Shown here piece by piece: positions 15,001-23,000 of a stretch of 64,000 nt of DNA. The notes below the pieces were generated by a model, which had not been told where the DNA came from, searched no databases, and saw nothing but the letters and a program-made list of their open reading frames with translations. This stretch comes from an uncultured Veillonellaceae bacterium (GTDB lineage Bacteria; Bacillota; Negativicutes; JARBTT01), in the NCBI GenBank assembly GCA_963805085.1, contig CAWDTA010000002.1, positions 1,056,001-1,120,000 of the forward strand, read 5' to 3'. The position numbers were made by a program, and so were the translations under genes. Positions within the stretch are counted from its first letter, which is position 1; every line of letters starts with the position of its first letter.

Positions 15001-15886
15001 TGACGGACAAGAATTGCCAGAAATTAAAATTCAATATAAGGACTTTGCGACTTGGCAGGGCAATATAGCTCAAACTGAGGACTTTAAAAAACATGAAGAA
15101 TATTGGATGAAGACCTTTGCTGGAGAGCTTCCAACATTGAGTATGCCAAGCGATTATTCACGACCACCTATTAGAAGTTTCGAGGGAGATCGGTTGAATT
15201 TTAAATTAGGAAAAGAAATGACGGGAGCGTTAAACAACCTTGCTAGCCAAACAGGCACAACTTTATATATGGTGCTGCTGGCAGCATATAATGTCTTACT
15301 GGCAAAACATACAGGACAGGAAGATATTATCGTAGGAACACCAATTGCTGGCAGACCACATGCAGATTTAGAAAATTTGGTGGGGATGTTTGTAAATACT
15401 TTGGCCATGAGAAATTATCCAGTAGGAGAGAAAAGCTTTCTAGAGTTTTTACAAGAGGTCAAAGAACATGCCATCAGTGCATATGAGCATCAAGACTATC
15501 AATTTGAAAATCTGGTGGAAAAGCTGGATATGTCTAGGACGTCAAACAGGAACCCATTATTTGATACCATGTTTGCTTTGCAAAACATTGAAATGGCTAC
15601 GTTAGAGACGGGGACGCTAAAATTTATTCCTTACGAATTGGCTAATAAAACAGCAAAATTTGATCTGACCTTATACGCTGCGGAAGGAAATGACGGGTTG
15701 GAGTTAATGATGGAATATTATACTAAATTATTTAGCGGAGATACGGTAAAAAGAATTTTAAAAGATTATTGTAAAATACTCCAAGAAGTTACGAGAAATA
15801 AAGACATATTAATAAAGAACGTTTCTTTAGAAAAACAGTATGTCAAGCGTAAAGGAATTAAACAGAATTTGAACTTTAATTTTTAA
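2..15886 (+). CDS. Hybrid cis-AT PKS/NRPS, 5'-truncated by the window edge: (AT end)-KR-ACP-C-A-T-C-A-T-C-A-T-C-A(Phe)-T-C
   Basis: Frame is open from nt 2 (PEQVT) into the 5289-aa ORF. Post-AT motif LPTYPWQREQYW; KR ITGGLGDLG / HAAG / YAAAN; ACP LGLDS (Ser 1940-1942); five C domains with HHI(I/V)SDG (first at 2486, last at 14939); four A domains with YTSG(S/T)TGKPKG, YGPTE, YRTGD; four T domains with GGHS. Codes read against GrsA: DGIFLGGVFK, DAKDLGVDVK, DGFFLGAVFK, DAWTIAAICK. Confidence 0.96.
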   Translation, partial: PEQVTMLNSLGSLYTLGYSVNWNEIYQEGARCVCLPTYPWQREQYWFEIKKHAPMNTAAPQIISDDVDRWLYKLEWQAKESNKENLLVSDGNGQGSWLIFAQRDGIAKLVANRLNEQGERTILIYPGEFFECLAEDVFSISPSRKDLDKLLHTVLHSERDFCRGIIHAWSIGSVDKDNITTADLERTQTLGCLHILQLIQAIHDLKINVNGKWPRLWLITRGSQAVLEEGESVDFTQAPLWGLGRTIAIEQKELWGGLVDLDPEIPGEQAAGIILEAISARKGEDQIAYRKGTRYVARLKRHSLSCERNIPFYWQINGTYLITGGLGDLGMQVAHWMVEQGARRLILMGRTELPPRTAWDNILENEDCLTNQIKNIKELEAKGASVHLAAVDVTNEEQLKNFLTSFRKEGWPPIRGVVHAAGTVADQLLTECDAQAFNKVLRPKVQGAWQLHHLLKDVPLDFFIMFSSISTVVGSPRLGSYAAANSFLDALAHYRRNLNLPALSINWGPWAQIGMAARFNILSATTSMGINPLSPTRGLQVLDSLMNKDMTQMVVMDVDWERWRMVYQQLGETALVADLLLAENETAGTIDTINQESSIRKEVMTANGNDRYNLLESYLCEQASQVLGMSRAKLDIHSSLNSLGLDSIMAVELKNKIEKTLGVMVPMVYFLQGSSIAEMVVKIQGLLTADSEISVIPIAPKQEYYPVSSAQKRMFILNQFETNDVVYNNFVAFKVEGALNKQQFENALNKLIQRHETLRTSFEIIDGEPVQRIHQEIKFAIDFMQEEKEDISDIIQNFVRPFDLSKTPLFRVGLVELAEKEHVVLFDMHHIISDGVTAEIFIKELASLYEGQELPELRIQYKDFAVWQSSDFQREALKQQEAYWLKAFAGELPVMNMLSDYPRPLVRSFQGEVLRFALDEEVTGELNKLAMETGTTLYMVLLAAYNVVLSKYTGQEDIIVGSPIAGRQYADLHNIIGVFVNTLSMRNYPEKNKSFLEFLQEVKENALKAYENQDYQFEELVDKLDIPRNLSRNPLFDTMFALQNLDMTEVAVGNLRFSRYEFYNKIAKFDLTLEAIERNNLLDFTLEYDTRLFKKETVERLRRHVVNVLNSIVEEPQIKLADIALVSAEEKRQILVDFNNTKTAYPKDKTIQELFEEQVEKNPDHIAVIFENQQLTYKELNNKANQLARTLKKKGVKANCIVAIMVERSPEMIIGILGILKAGGAYMPIDPEYPEERISYMLEDSKAEFMVAQKSLEKKVVFNGDIIHVDDPQIYHGETENLVKENTSKDLAYVIYTSGSTGKPKGNLTMHYNVARVVKNTNYIDITGKDVLLQLSNYAFDGSVIDIYGSLLNGAKLILIDKACVLDMNRLSKVIEKEKVTVFFITTALFNTLVDVNIECFKNVRKVLFGGEMGSVSHVRKAYEYMGSGRIINGYGPTESTVFATCYEVKHIDDGELSVPIGRPIANTSIYILDQGGNLQPIGAPGELCIAGDGLAKGYLNRPELTVEKFVEDPFALGQRMYRTGDLARWLPDGNIEFLGRIDHQVKIRGFRIELGEIEAELLKHPDIKEALVLAKNDVSGGKYLCAYVVTEQELEIAEIREHLAKGLPDYMIPSTFVQLDKMPLTPNGKIDRKSLPEPEENMSSKAEYVAPRNEAEEKMTEIWQVVLGVEKVGIEDNFFELGGHSLKAITLVAKIHKVFGVEVPMQEVFKAQTVKELVKTIKSSVKNTYADIEPVVKQEYYPVSSAQKRMFILNQLETNDTAYNMPAAFKVKGSLDKEQFEKALQKFVQRHETLRTSFELINGEPVQRVHEEINFTLNYSKGAEANIKHIFQAFVRPFDLNKAPLLRIELVELDENKHVVLFDMHHIISDGVSVGILVKELASLYEGQELPELRIQYKDFSAWQNNLLTTERFKQQEAYWLQAFAGELPVLNMPIDYARPPVRSFEGAELNFALEKDLTEALNKLASKTGTTMYMVLLAAYNIALSKYTGQEDIIVGSPIAGRSHDDLENVVGMFVNTLAMRNYPEGNKGFLEFLQEVKINALEGYEHQDYQFEELVDKLDIPRDLSRNPLFSTLFSLQNVDIAELKIGELQFVAYELDNKTAKFDLTLRAIEKNNRLEFSLEYYSKLFKKSTIEGFGRHFVRILSSIVGQPESKLMDIEMLSEPEKNQVLVDFNHTQTIYPIDQTIPKLFEEQVEKAPNHIAVTFAEQHLTYEELNNKANQLARVLRNKGVRPNSIVGIMVERSLEMMIGIVGILKAGGAYLPIDSECGQERIAYMLENSQAKILLTQNDFIDKVPANIEKIDIADESIACEESSNVSIMNQPCDLAYVIYTSGTTGKPKGVMIEHHNVINLVYGLQDRVYSEYDSALNVALLAPYVFDASVKQIFPALLLGHNLCIVPENMRFERAGLLDFYRQNNIDISDGTPAHLNVFNSISKGEESLGVKEFLIGGEALSYVLVEEFLNHFSNSKIKITNVYGPTECCDVTTVHAVNCGEDHTGDIVPIGNPIANVKVYILGKNLELLPVNAIGEVYICGQGVGRGYLNKPELTAEKFIKNPFVLGETMYRTGDLGRWLSDGTIEFFGRIDHQVKIRGFRIELGEIEAQLLKHNSIKEAIVIAKEDTNGQQYLCAYIVAEQVVTIVELRKHLANGVPDYMIPSSFVQLEKMPLTINGKIDRKALPEPEGRGNLGREYIAPRNTAEEKLTGIWKEVLGVEKVGIEDNFFELGGHSLKAVNMVAKIHKEFGVEVSLTEVFKAQTVKELSKAVEGEVQDNYAAIKPVAKQQYYPVSSAQKRMFILSQFETADTTYNMPAAFEVEGALDKNQLEKVWKKLVQRHETLRTSFEVINGEPMQRIHEEVAFTVDLIQGTKEDIPNIIKNFVRPFDLSKAPLLRVGLVELTENLHVVLFDMHHIISDGVSMRILIKELTKLCEGKELPELKIQYKDFSAWQNNLLTTEKFKKQEAYWLQAFAGDLLVLNLPSDYPRPAIRSFEGDRLNFELGEELTKELNRLAMENGTTLYMVLLAAYNVVLSKYTGQEDVIVGSPVAGRSHADLENMVGMFVNTLAMRSYPERNKNFLDFLQEVKENALMAYENQDYQFEELVDKLDIPRNLSRNPLFDTMFALQNTDNAVLAIGDLRFSRYDLDNEIAKFDLTLEAAERNNRLEFTLEYDVKLFKQETAKRMGRHFVSVLSSIVSQPEIKLANIELVSEKEKDQILIDFNNTQTEYPKDKTIQELFEGQVEKNPDHIAVIFENQQLTYKEVNDKANQLARTLREKGVKANRIVGIMVERSPEMIIGIMGILKAGGGYMPIDPEYPEERISYMLEDSKVELMVTQKSLEKKAAFSGRTIHLDDPQVYHGGTENLVKQNTSQDLAYVIYTSGSTGKPKGILTMHYNIARVVKNTNYIDITGKDVLLQLSNYAFDGSVFDIYGSLLNGAKLVLVDKECILDMNRLAKVIKAEKVTIFFITTALFNTLVDVNIACLKNVRKVLFGGEQSSVRHVRKAYEYMGSGRIVNAYGPTETTVFATCYEVNHIEEGQMTIPIGKPIANTCIYVLDKGGKLQPIGAPGELCISGDGLAREYLNRPELTTEKFVEDPFALGERMYRTGDLAKWLPDGNIEFLGRIDHQVKIRGFRIELGEIEAELLKHSAIKEALVLAKNDVSGGKYLCAYVVATKQGLATTELREYLAKGLPDYMIPAIFIQIDKMPLTPNGKIDGRALPEPDVSINAGTEYVAPRNAAEEKLARVWQDVLGVEKVGIEDNFFELGGHSLKAITLVAKIHKEFGAEVSLQEVFKAQTIKGLIKLIDGAVENSYVAIESVNEQAYYPVSSAQKRMFVLNQFETKITTYNMPAAFMVEGPLDREHFEQVIQKLVERHETLRTSFALIDGQPIQRVHQKIEFTVDCMQGKEENADEFVNDFIRPFDLGKAPLFRVKLVDLAENRYMVLFDMHHIISDGVSMGILVKELASLYEGEELPKLRIQYKDFSTWQNNLLASEEIKKQETYWLQKLAGELPILNLPSDYPRPPIRSFEGERLEFILGEEVTAELNKLAGQTGTTLYMVLLAAYNVVLSKYSGQEDIIVGTPIAGRSHADLENIIGLFVNTLAMRNYPEGDKKFLDFLQEVKENALTGYEHQDYQFEELVNKLDIPRSLNRNPLFDTMFTLQNLDIKALRMGNLQFSTYEIKSRTAKIDLTCQAIERNGCLDFTLEYDTKLFKKETVERLRRHVENVLNIIVEQPQIKLADIEFVSEEEKRQILVDFNNTKRSYPKDKTIQKLFEEQVEKNPDHIAVILEERQLTYQELNNKANQLARNLREKGVKKDSIVGIMVERSPEMIIGIVGILKAGGAYLPIDPKYPKERIRYILKDSAAKILLTQGNLADELAFKGQIIDLNVQELYQGDDTNLLPRNSADDLAYIIYTSGSTGKPKGVMVEHRGIANLQIFFRESFGINQTDRIIQFASSSFDASVWETFMALLAGATLYLAPMKAINNYLKFEEFINNNEITIATLPPTYLANLNPDKVTSLKRLITAGSATNFELLNKWGEKLQYVNAYGPTETTICTTVWQNTEEEITSSSIPIGKPINNTRVFILDGNSKLLPIGIAGELCVSGDILARGYLNKAKLTAEKFVENPYEPGERMYRTGDLARWLPDGNIEFLGRIDHQVKIRGFRIELGEIEGELIKHPFIKDALVLDKEDVSGGKYLCAYIENEQELAIADIREYLAKKLPDYMIPSTFVQLGKMPLTPNGKIDRKALPEPEKRHGTGAEYVAPRNKGEETLVQIWQDVLGIEKVGIEDNFFELGGHSLKTITLVARIHKEFGVEVSLQDVFKFQTIKELSKLIGESAQQTYTGIEKVDEREYYPVSSAQKRMFILNLLENNGTAYNMPAALEVKGLLDKERFEDVWKKLIKRHEPLRTSFELIDGETVQRVHQEVDFTIDCIQGDEKDVHDIIQTFVHPFDLSKAPLLRVGLVEVDESKHVVLFDIHHIVSDGVSIGILIKELASLYDGQELPEIKIQYKDFATWQGNIAQTEDFKKHEEYWMKTFAGELPTLSMPSDYSRPPIRSFEGDRLNFKLGKEMTGALNNLASQTGTTLYMVLLAAYNVLLAKHTGQEDIIVGTPIAGRPHADLENLVGMFVNTLAMRNYPVGEKSFLEFLQEVKEHAISAYEHQDYQFENLVEKLDMSRTSNRNPLFDTMFALQNIEMATLETGTLKFIPYELANKTAKFDLTLYAAEGNDGLELMMEYYTKLFSGDTVKRILKDYCKILQEVTRNKDILIKNVSLEKQYVKRKGIKQNLNFNF

Positions 15887-15935
15887 GGACCAATAAATAG
15901 TAGATGGTGTAAAAAAACACACATCATTAAAATTA

Positions 15936-15981
15936 AGGGATGGTTACAAAATGCGCAGATGCGTCGTTTGCAACCATCCCT
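15936..15981. repeat. Intergenic inverted repeat (stem-loop) just upstream of the RBS of NRPS gene 2
   Basis: AGGGATGGTTACAAA ... TTTGCAACCATCCCT, 14/15 complementary. A smaller GATGGTGT/ACACACATC hairpin lies at about 15903-15925. Confidence 0.7.
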
Positions 15982-15996
15982 ATTGGAGGTCGTTAT

Positions 15997-18900
15997 ATGT
16001 TAATAGATAAGCATTCTCAAAATATTATTGTATCCAGCGGTGAGTATGAAGAAGAAAGAAAATATTGGCTGGAAAAGTTAGATGGAGGCATCAATCTCAA
16101 TGGCTTTCCCGTTAATAATGAGCAATCAAGCGGCTATACAAAAGCCAGTTTTAAATGCACTATACCTAATGAAACTTTTAAGAGGATTGTGCATTTAAGC
16201 AATCATTCCGAATATGCAGTCTATATGATTATGCTATCTGGTATAAGGTACTTGCTGTATCGTTATACAGATAATAAGGATCTTTTAGTAGGTATGCCGG
16301 TGTTTAAGCAAGATATAGATGAGGTATATTTAAGTAACGTTTTATTAAATAATATTTTGCCAATCAGAAGCAGCTTGGATGTGATGAAGTCTTTTAGTAA
16401 TTTTTTAGGTGAAATAAAAAATTTAGTTATTGAAGCTGATCATTATCAAAATTATCCTCTTCATAAAATTTATGAGCAACTGAACCTGTGTACGGAAGAT
16501 GAAGAAGATTTAGCCTATAAAACCATTGTTTTAATGGAAAATATTCATGAAAAGGACATAATTGAAGCTTTTAAGTTTGATACAGTATTTTCCTTCTTAC
16601 TAACAGAAAAAGCGATTGAGGTTACTGTGGATTATAATGCTAAACTTTATACAGAGAAAATGATGAAACAGGTAATTCAATACCTGTTTCATTATTTCAG
16701 GGAAGTAACTCAAAATCCGCATAGTATACTTTCTGAAATAGAAATTTTATCTGAGACTGAAAAAAGCAATATACTGATTAATTTCAATAACACGGAGGCA
16801 GTTTACCCAAAAGAGAAGACAATTCGACAAGTTTTTGAAGAACAGGTTGGGAAAAATCCAGATCATATTGCTGTGGTTTTTGAGGATCAGCAGCTTACCT
16901 ATGGAGAATTAAATAGTAAGGCTAATTCATTGGCGAGAGTGTTAAGAAATGAAGGTGTTCAAGCCGATAGTATCGTTGGCATCATGGTGGAACGTTCTCT
17001 GGAAATGATTATTGGGATTATGGGAATATTGAAGGCCGGAGGAGCTTACTTGCCGATCTCTCCAGATTATCCAGAGGATAGAATCAACTACATGCTGGAA
17101 GACAGTGAAACAAGAATTTTATTAACCCAGAGCCGCTTCGTGAATAAGCTGTCCTTTAATGGACAACTAGTTAACGTAGATGATAAAAGTTTATATTTAG
17201 GTGATGGTTCCAACCTGCTTCTGGAAAATAATTCTCATGATTTAGCCTATGTAATTTATACCTCCGGTTCAACGGGAAAACCGAAAGGGGTTATGATTGA
17301 AAATTATTCGGTGATTAACCGCATTCATTGGATGCAAGATAAATATAGGCTGGAAGCAAGAGATGTTATACTGCAAAAAACCCCTTTTACTTTTGATGTA
17401 TCGGTGTGGGAAATTGTCTGGTGGTTTTTCGTAGGGGCCAGTGTTTGCATGTTAAGGCCGGGAGGCGAAAAAGAGCCGGAAGAAATTGTTCGATCCATTG
17501 AGAAAAATAAAATAACAACCATGCACTTTGTACCTTCTATGTTAACGGTATTCTTACATTATATTGAAAATTGCAGTCATTCCATTAAAATGGATAGTTT
17601 AAAACATGTATTCGCCAGTGGGGAAGCTTTAAATCCCGAGCACGCCAATAGGTTTAATAAATTATTGTCGGGACAAGCGACTAAATTGATCAATTTATAT
17701 GGGCCAACGGAAGCTACCGTGGATGTATCTTATTTTGATTGTTCCACAGACCAGATACTGAAAAGCGTTCCTATTGGTAAACCCATTGATAATATTCAAT
17801 TATATATCGTCAATCAGAATAATAAACTTCAACCTGTAGGGGTAGCGGGTGAACTTTGTATTGCTGGGGACGGTTTAGCTAGAGGATATCTAAACAAACC
17901 AGAACTAACCGCAGAAAAATTCGTGGAAAATCCCTTTGTGCCGGGAGGTAAAATGTACCGTACAGGAGATCTTGCACAATGGCGGATTGATGGCAACATT
18001 GAATTTTTAGGTCGGCTTGACCATCAAGTAAAAATTAGAGGTTTTCGGATTGAACTGGGGGAAATCGAAACGGAATTACTAAAATATCCGTCAGTCAAAG
18101 AAACAGTCGTCGTTGCCAAAGAAGATCAGGCTGGTGATAAATATCTCTGTGCTTACATTGTGACCGAGGAGGAGCTGACCATAACGGAACTAAGAGATCA
18201 TCTCTTCCGAAATTTGCCCGATTACATGATACCTTCCTATTTTGTGCAGCTTGAAAAGATGCCTCTTAGTCCAAATGGTAAAGTAGACAGAAAAGCTCTT
18301 CCGGAGCCAAATGGCAACATCCGTACAGGTGTTGAGTATGCTGCTCCTAGAAATGATATAGAAGAAAGCGTGGTCAAGGTATGGCAAGAGGTTTTGAAAG
18401 TAGAGAAAGTGAGTATAAAAGATAACTTCTTTAGTTTGGGCGGAGACTCCATTAAAGCTATACAAATATTATCGCAGCTGCGCCAGTACGGACTAAATCT
18501 AGAAATGCGGGATTTATTTCAGTATCCCACAATTGAGGCTTTGAGCAGCTATATAACAGTAATAAAACGGAAAATTGATCAAGGAATAGTTAAGGGAGAA
18601 GCAGGTCTTGCCCCTATGCAAAGCTGGCTATTCGAGCAAAGCTTTATGGATAAGCAGCACTTTAATCAAGCTGTTATGTTGTATGGTAAGAATGGATTTG
18701 AAGAATGGATTATCCGTAAAGTTTTTTCAAAATTGGTTGAGCGTCATGATGCTTTACGTATGGTTGTTAAGAATATGTCAGGTAAAGAGGGACTTTTCAA
18801 TCGCGGAATTGAGGATGAGCTGTATTCATTAGAGACGATAGATTTATCCAACAATTCTAAATATCGGGAACTAATTAAGGAAAAGGCAGAAGAAATTCAA

Positions 18901-19998
18901 CAAAGCATTGATCTTAAACATGGGCCATTGATTAAGTTAGGACTATTTAAAACTAATATTGGAGATCATCTCTTGATTGTTATTCATCATTTAGTCATTG
19001 ACGGAGTATCTTGGAGAATTATCCTTCAGGATTTATTTAGCGGATATAGCCAGACCCTAAATAATGAAGAAATACGATTTGCAGATAAGACCAATTCTTT
19101 TAAAGATTGGATCAATGCATTAGCTGTTTATGCCAACAGTCGGGAATTATTAAACGAAATCGAATACTGGCAAAAAGTTGAGATGACGGATATAAAGTCA
19201 TTGCCCCAAGATAAGGTCATTAAGGAAAGAAGAAGTGGCGAAAATAATCATATTCAATGCAAGTTAACTAAAGAAGAGACAGAAAAGTTGCTAAAACAAG
19301 TGAATTCAGCTTATAACACTGAAGTAAATGATATTTTGCTTACTGCATTGGCTCTTACGATCACAGAATGGACAGGAGAAGGTAGTGTATTAGTCAATCT
19401 GGAGGGACACGGCAGAGAAGAAATCATAAAGGAATTTGACATTTCAAGGACGGTGGGATGGTTTACTTCCCTATATCCGATAGTTTTGAATATGAGTGGT
19501 GAGCAGGATCTTGCGTATAAGATAAAGTCAGTAAAAGAAAGTATGCGTCAAATCCCCAATAAAGGGATTGGTTATGGGATTCTTAAATACATGACCTCAT
19601 CTGAAAATAAGGGAGTTCTACGGTGTAATTTGAAGCCGGAAATCAATTTCAATTATCTTGGACAATTTGATGGTGATGTGAATACTCAGCTGTTCACTGT
19701 GTCGGATATTGCAGCAGGAAAATCAATATCTCCCAATATGGAAGATCTATATAAGTTAGATATAAACGGTATAGTTACCAAGGGGCGGTTAACTTTAAAC
19801 TTCATGTATCATAAAGGTGAGTATGAAAATAGCACCATAACAACACTTGCTGAGCATTTCAGGAAAAATTTGCTTGATGTTATTGATCATTGTGTAGCCA
19901 TTGATGTAACAGAAATGACACCGAGTGATTTTACGCTAAAAGATATTACGATTGAAGGGCTTGAGGATCTTGAAGATGCCTTTAGTGATATTGAATAA
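15997..19998 (+). CDS. NRPS: truncated (half) C domain-A(Ser)-T-E with C-terminal COM donor; incorporates D-Ser
   Basis: RBS GGAGGT 15985-15990 favours ATG 15997 over 15940. Code DVWHFSLVDK is a canonical Ser code. T motif GGDS (type that precedes E domains). E motifs HHLVIDGVSW, EGHGRE, RTVGWFTS, PNKGIGYG, FNYLGQFD. Ends TPSDF plus an acidic tail. Confidence 0.95.
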   Translation: MLIDKHSQNIIVSSGEYEEERKYWLEKLDGGINLNGFPVNNEQSSGYTKASFKCTIPNETFKRIVHLSNHSEYAVYMIMLSGIRYLLYRYTDNKDLLVGMPVFKQDIDEVYLSNVLLNNILPIRSSLDVMKSFSNFLGEIKNLVIEADHYQNYPLHKIYEQLNLCTEDEEDLAYKTIVLMENIHEKDIIEAFKFDTVFSFLLTEKAIEVTVDYNAKLYTEKMMKQVIQYLFHYFREVTQNPHSILSEIEILSETEKSNILINFNNTEAVYPKEKTIRQVFEEQVGKNPDHIAVVFEDQQLTYGELNSKANSLARVLRNEGVQADSIVGIMVERSLEMIIGIMGILKAGGAYLPISPDYPEDRINYMLEDSETRILLTQSRFVNKLSFNGQLVNVDDKSLYLGDGSNLLLENNSHDLAYVIYTSGSTGKPKGVMIENYSVINRIHWMQDKYRLEARDVILQKTPFTFDVSVWEIVWWFFVGASVCMLRPGGEKEPEEIVRSIEKNKITTMHFVPSMLTVFLHYIENCSHSIKMDSLKHVFASGEALNPEHANRFNKLLSGQATKLINLYGPTEATVDVSYFDCSTDQILKSVPIGKPIDNIQLYIVNQNNKLQPVGVAGELCIAGDGLARGYLNKPELTAEKFVENPFVPGGKMYRTGDLAQWRIDGNIEFLGRLDHQVKIRGFRIELGEIETELLKYPSVKETVVVAKEDQAGDKYLCAYIVTEEELTITELRDHLFRNLPDYMIPSYFVQLEKMPLSPNGKVDRKALPEPNGNIRTGVEYAAPRNDIEESVVKVWQEVLKVEKVSIKDNFFSLGGDSIKAIQILSQLRQYGLNLEMRDLFQYPTIEALSSYITVIKRKIDQGIVKGEAGLAPMQSWLFEQSFMDKQHFNQAVMLYGKNGFEEWIIRKVFSKLVERHDALRMVVKNMSGKEGLFNRGIEDELYSLETIDLSNNSKYRELIKEKAEEIQQSIDLKHGPLIKLGLFKTNIGDHLLIVIHHLVIDGVSWRIILQDLFSGYSQTLNNEEIRFADKTNSFKDWINALAVYANSRELLNEIEYWQKVEMTDIKSLPQDKVIKERRSGENNHIQCKLTKEETEKLLKQVNSAYNTEVNDILLTALALTITEWTGEGSVLVNLEGHGREEIIKEFDISRTVGWFTSLYPIVLNMSGEQDLAYKIKSVKESMRQIPNKGIGYGILKYMTSSENKGVLRCNLKPEINFNYLGQFDGDVNTQLFTVSDIAAGKSISPNMEDLYKLDINGIVTKGRLTLNFMYHKGEYENSTITTLAEHFRKNLLDVIDHCVAIDVTEMTPSDFTLKDITIEGLEDLEDAFSDIE

Positions 19999-20040
19999 AA
20001 ATTGAAGTGAATATATCAAGTCGATTGGGAGGAGATTTAT

Positions 20041-23000
20041 ATGAGTAATGTAAAGAAAAAAGATAATAAAAAAATAAAAGACATATACTTGTTATCTCCT
20101 ATGCAGGAAGGCATGTTGTATCATTCGTTGCTGTATAGTGAGTCCAATGCGTATTTTGAACAGAGTTTTTTATCAATAGAAGGAAGTCTAGATGTAAAGT
20201 TTCTTGAAGAAAGTTTGAATATGTTAATTGAAAGATATGATATATTGCGAACTGTTTTTGTTTATGAAAATGTCGAAAGACCGGTCCAAGTTGTGATGAA
20301 AGCACGTAAGGGGCATATTCATTTTGAGGATATCACCAATTTTTCAGATCTGGAAAAGAAAGCATTTATTGAAAAATTTAAAATGGACGACAGGCAGAAG
20401 GGATTTGATTTAAGAAAAGACCTCCCTATGCGGATTAGTGTTGTTAGAACGGGAAATGAATCATACAAGTTGGTATGGAGTTTTCATCATATCATTATGG
20501 ATGGATGGTGCATGGGAATAATCCGTAAGGAATTTTTGGCGATTTATCACTCTTTAAAAGAAAATAGACAGCCGAATTTGGGACCAGTATATCCCTATAG
20601 TGATTACATTAAATGGCTTACCAAGCAGAGCAGGGAAGAGGCTGCATTGTACTGGGAAAGGTATCTAAAAGAGTATGAAGAACTCGTAGGGCTTCCTCAG
20701 AATCGGGACATAGTAATGGACGGGAAATATGAATTAGCAGAAGTGGTTTTTCAGATAAATGAAAATACAAGAATAGGTTTAGAAAATATAGTAAAGAAAA
20801 ATAATGTAACCCTAAGTACCATTGTTCAATCGGCATGGGGAATTCTATTGCAGAGATATAACAATACTGAGGATGTTGTATTCGGTGCAGTTGTATCAGG
20901 TAGACCACACGAGATAAAGGGTATTGAGAACATGGTCGGATTATTCATCAATACTCTGCCTGTTAGGATAAAATGCGGTGGGGATGAATCCTTTACGGAA
21001 TTAGTAGATAAGGTACAGCAATTTGCAGTAGAGTCTGAACGGTACAGCTATTGTCCTTTGGCCGAAATACAGTCAAATACAGGATTGAAAAGTAGCTTAG
21101 TTGATCACATCGTCGTTTTTGAAAACTATCCTATTGAAGAAGGTTTGGGGGCTAATGAAATTGGTTTTGCTGTAGGCGATAGTGAGGCCTATGAACAGAC
21201 AAATTATAACTTTAACATGATCGTCATTCTTGGAAAAGAATTAACTGTTAAGTTTAATTATAATGCATTGGTATATGATCAAATTTTTATAAAGAGAATA
21301 CAAGGACACTTTCAAGCGGTTATCAATAGCATAATTAAAAATCCTAATATTTTGGTAAAAGATATAGACATACTCACAGAAAAAGAAAGACAAGAGCTTT
21401 TATCTTTCAACAATACGCAAGTGGAATATCCCAAATATAAAAGGATTAATGAGTTATTTGAAGAACAAGTCGAAAAAAATCCAGATTCTATCGCTGTCAA
21501 ATTTGAAGAAAAAAAACTTACCTATAAAGTATTGAACAATAAAGCTAACCAATTGGCAAGATTGCTCTGTAAAAAGGGTGTAAAAAGAGATGGTATTGTA
21601 GGCATCATGGCGGAGCGCTCGCCGGAAATGATTATTGGAATTATGGCAATCTTGAAGGCTGGAGGGGCTTATCTGCCTATTGATCCAGAGTACCCTGAGG
21701 ATAGAATCAGTTATATGCTAGCAGATAGTGGGGCAGAGATATTATTAACACAGCAGCACTTAATTAGTCAAGAATATTCCGATAAAGAAATACTTAGTTT
21801 AGATGACCCCAAATTGTATTACGGAGATAACTCTAATTTATTCATTGAGCATAATGCACGGGATTTAGCGTATGTGATTTATACCTCAGGTTCGTCTGGT
21901 AAACCTAAAGGGGTTGAAATTGAGCATACTAGTCTTGTGAATCTTGTAGCTTGGCACCAGCGTGTATATAACATTACTTATATGGACAGAGCATCTCAAT
22001 TGGCAGGGCAGGCTTTTGACGCTTCGGTTTGGGAGATCTGGCCCTATTTGACCGCTGGAGCACAGTTATGCATACCTAGTAATGAAACCAGAGCATCGAC
22101 AACAGGTTTAATTCAGTGGCTTAAGGACAATTTGATTACGATAAGCTTTATGCCAACGCCTATGGCCGAAGCATTACTTGCTGAGGAGTGGCCCGGGGAC
22201 TTCCGGCTTAGAGCATTATTAACAGGTGGTGACAAGTTGCACCGCAGACCTTCAAAAGAGCTTCCATTTACCTTAGTTAATCATTACGGGCCAACAGAGA
22301 ATACGGTCGTTACAACTTGCGCTTCTGTCAGCTCGGCTGAGCCCAAAGATATTTTGCCTTCCATTGGTCGTCCTATTGATAATACACAAATTTATATCGT
22401 GGACAAAAACAATAATTTGCAGCCTGTTGGTATAGCTGGAGAACTTTGCATATACGGTGATGGTTTAGCAAAAGGATATTTAAACAGACCGGAATTGACA
22501 GCTGAGAAGTTTGTAGCAAATCCATTCGTACCTGGCAAGCGAATGTATCGGTCAGGTGACCTTGCTAGATGGCTACCTGACGGCAATATTGAATTTTTAG
22601 GTAGAATCGATTATCAAGTCAAGATTCGGGGCTTTCGGATTGAATTAGGTGAAATCGAAGCTGAATTAATAAACTACCCGTCAATGAAAGAAGCGGTAGT
22701 GATTGATAAAGAGGATACAAACGGGCAGAAGTATTTATGTGCTTTTATTGTGGCTGAACAGGAACTCAATACTAAGGAACTCAGAGCATATTTAAGTCAC
22801 ACGTTACCTGCATATATGGTGCCGTCAATCTTTATTCAGCTTGAAAAGCTGCCATTAACACCCAATGGTAAAATTGATAAGAAAGGGCTGCCTGAACCGG
22901 AGGGCAGAATTAGCATTGGAACGGAATACGTAGCACCAAGGAATGAAAGGGAAGAAAAGCTGGCACAAATTTGGCAGAATGTATTAGGTGTAGAAAAGGT

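Noticed and set aside
15997-16780. N-terminus of gene 2 as a heterocyclisation (Cy) domain or a pseudogene fragment
   Set aside because: It has no DxxxxD motif and is too short for Cy. The module has an E domain, and the ORF is intact with a good RBS while the working C is supplied by gene 1.
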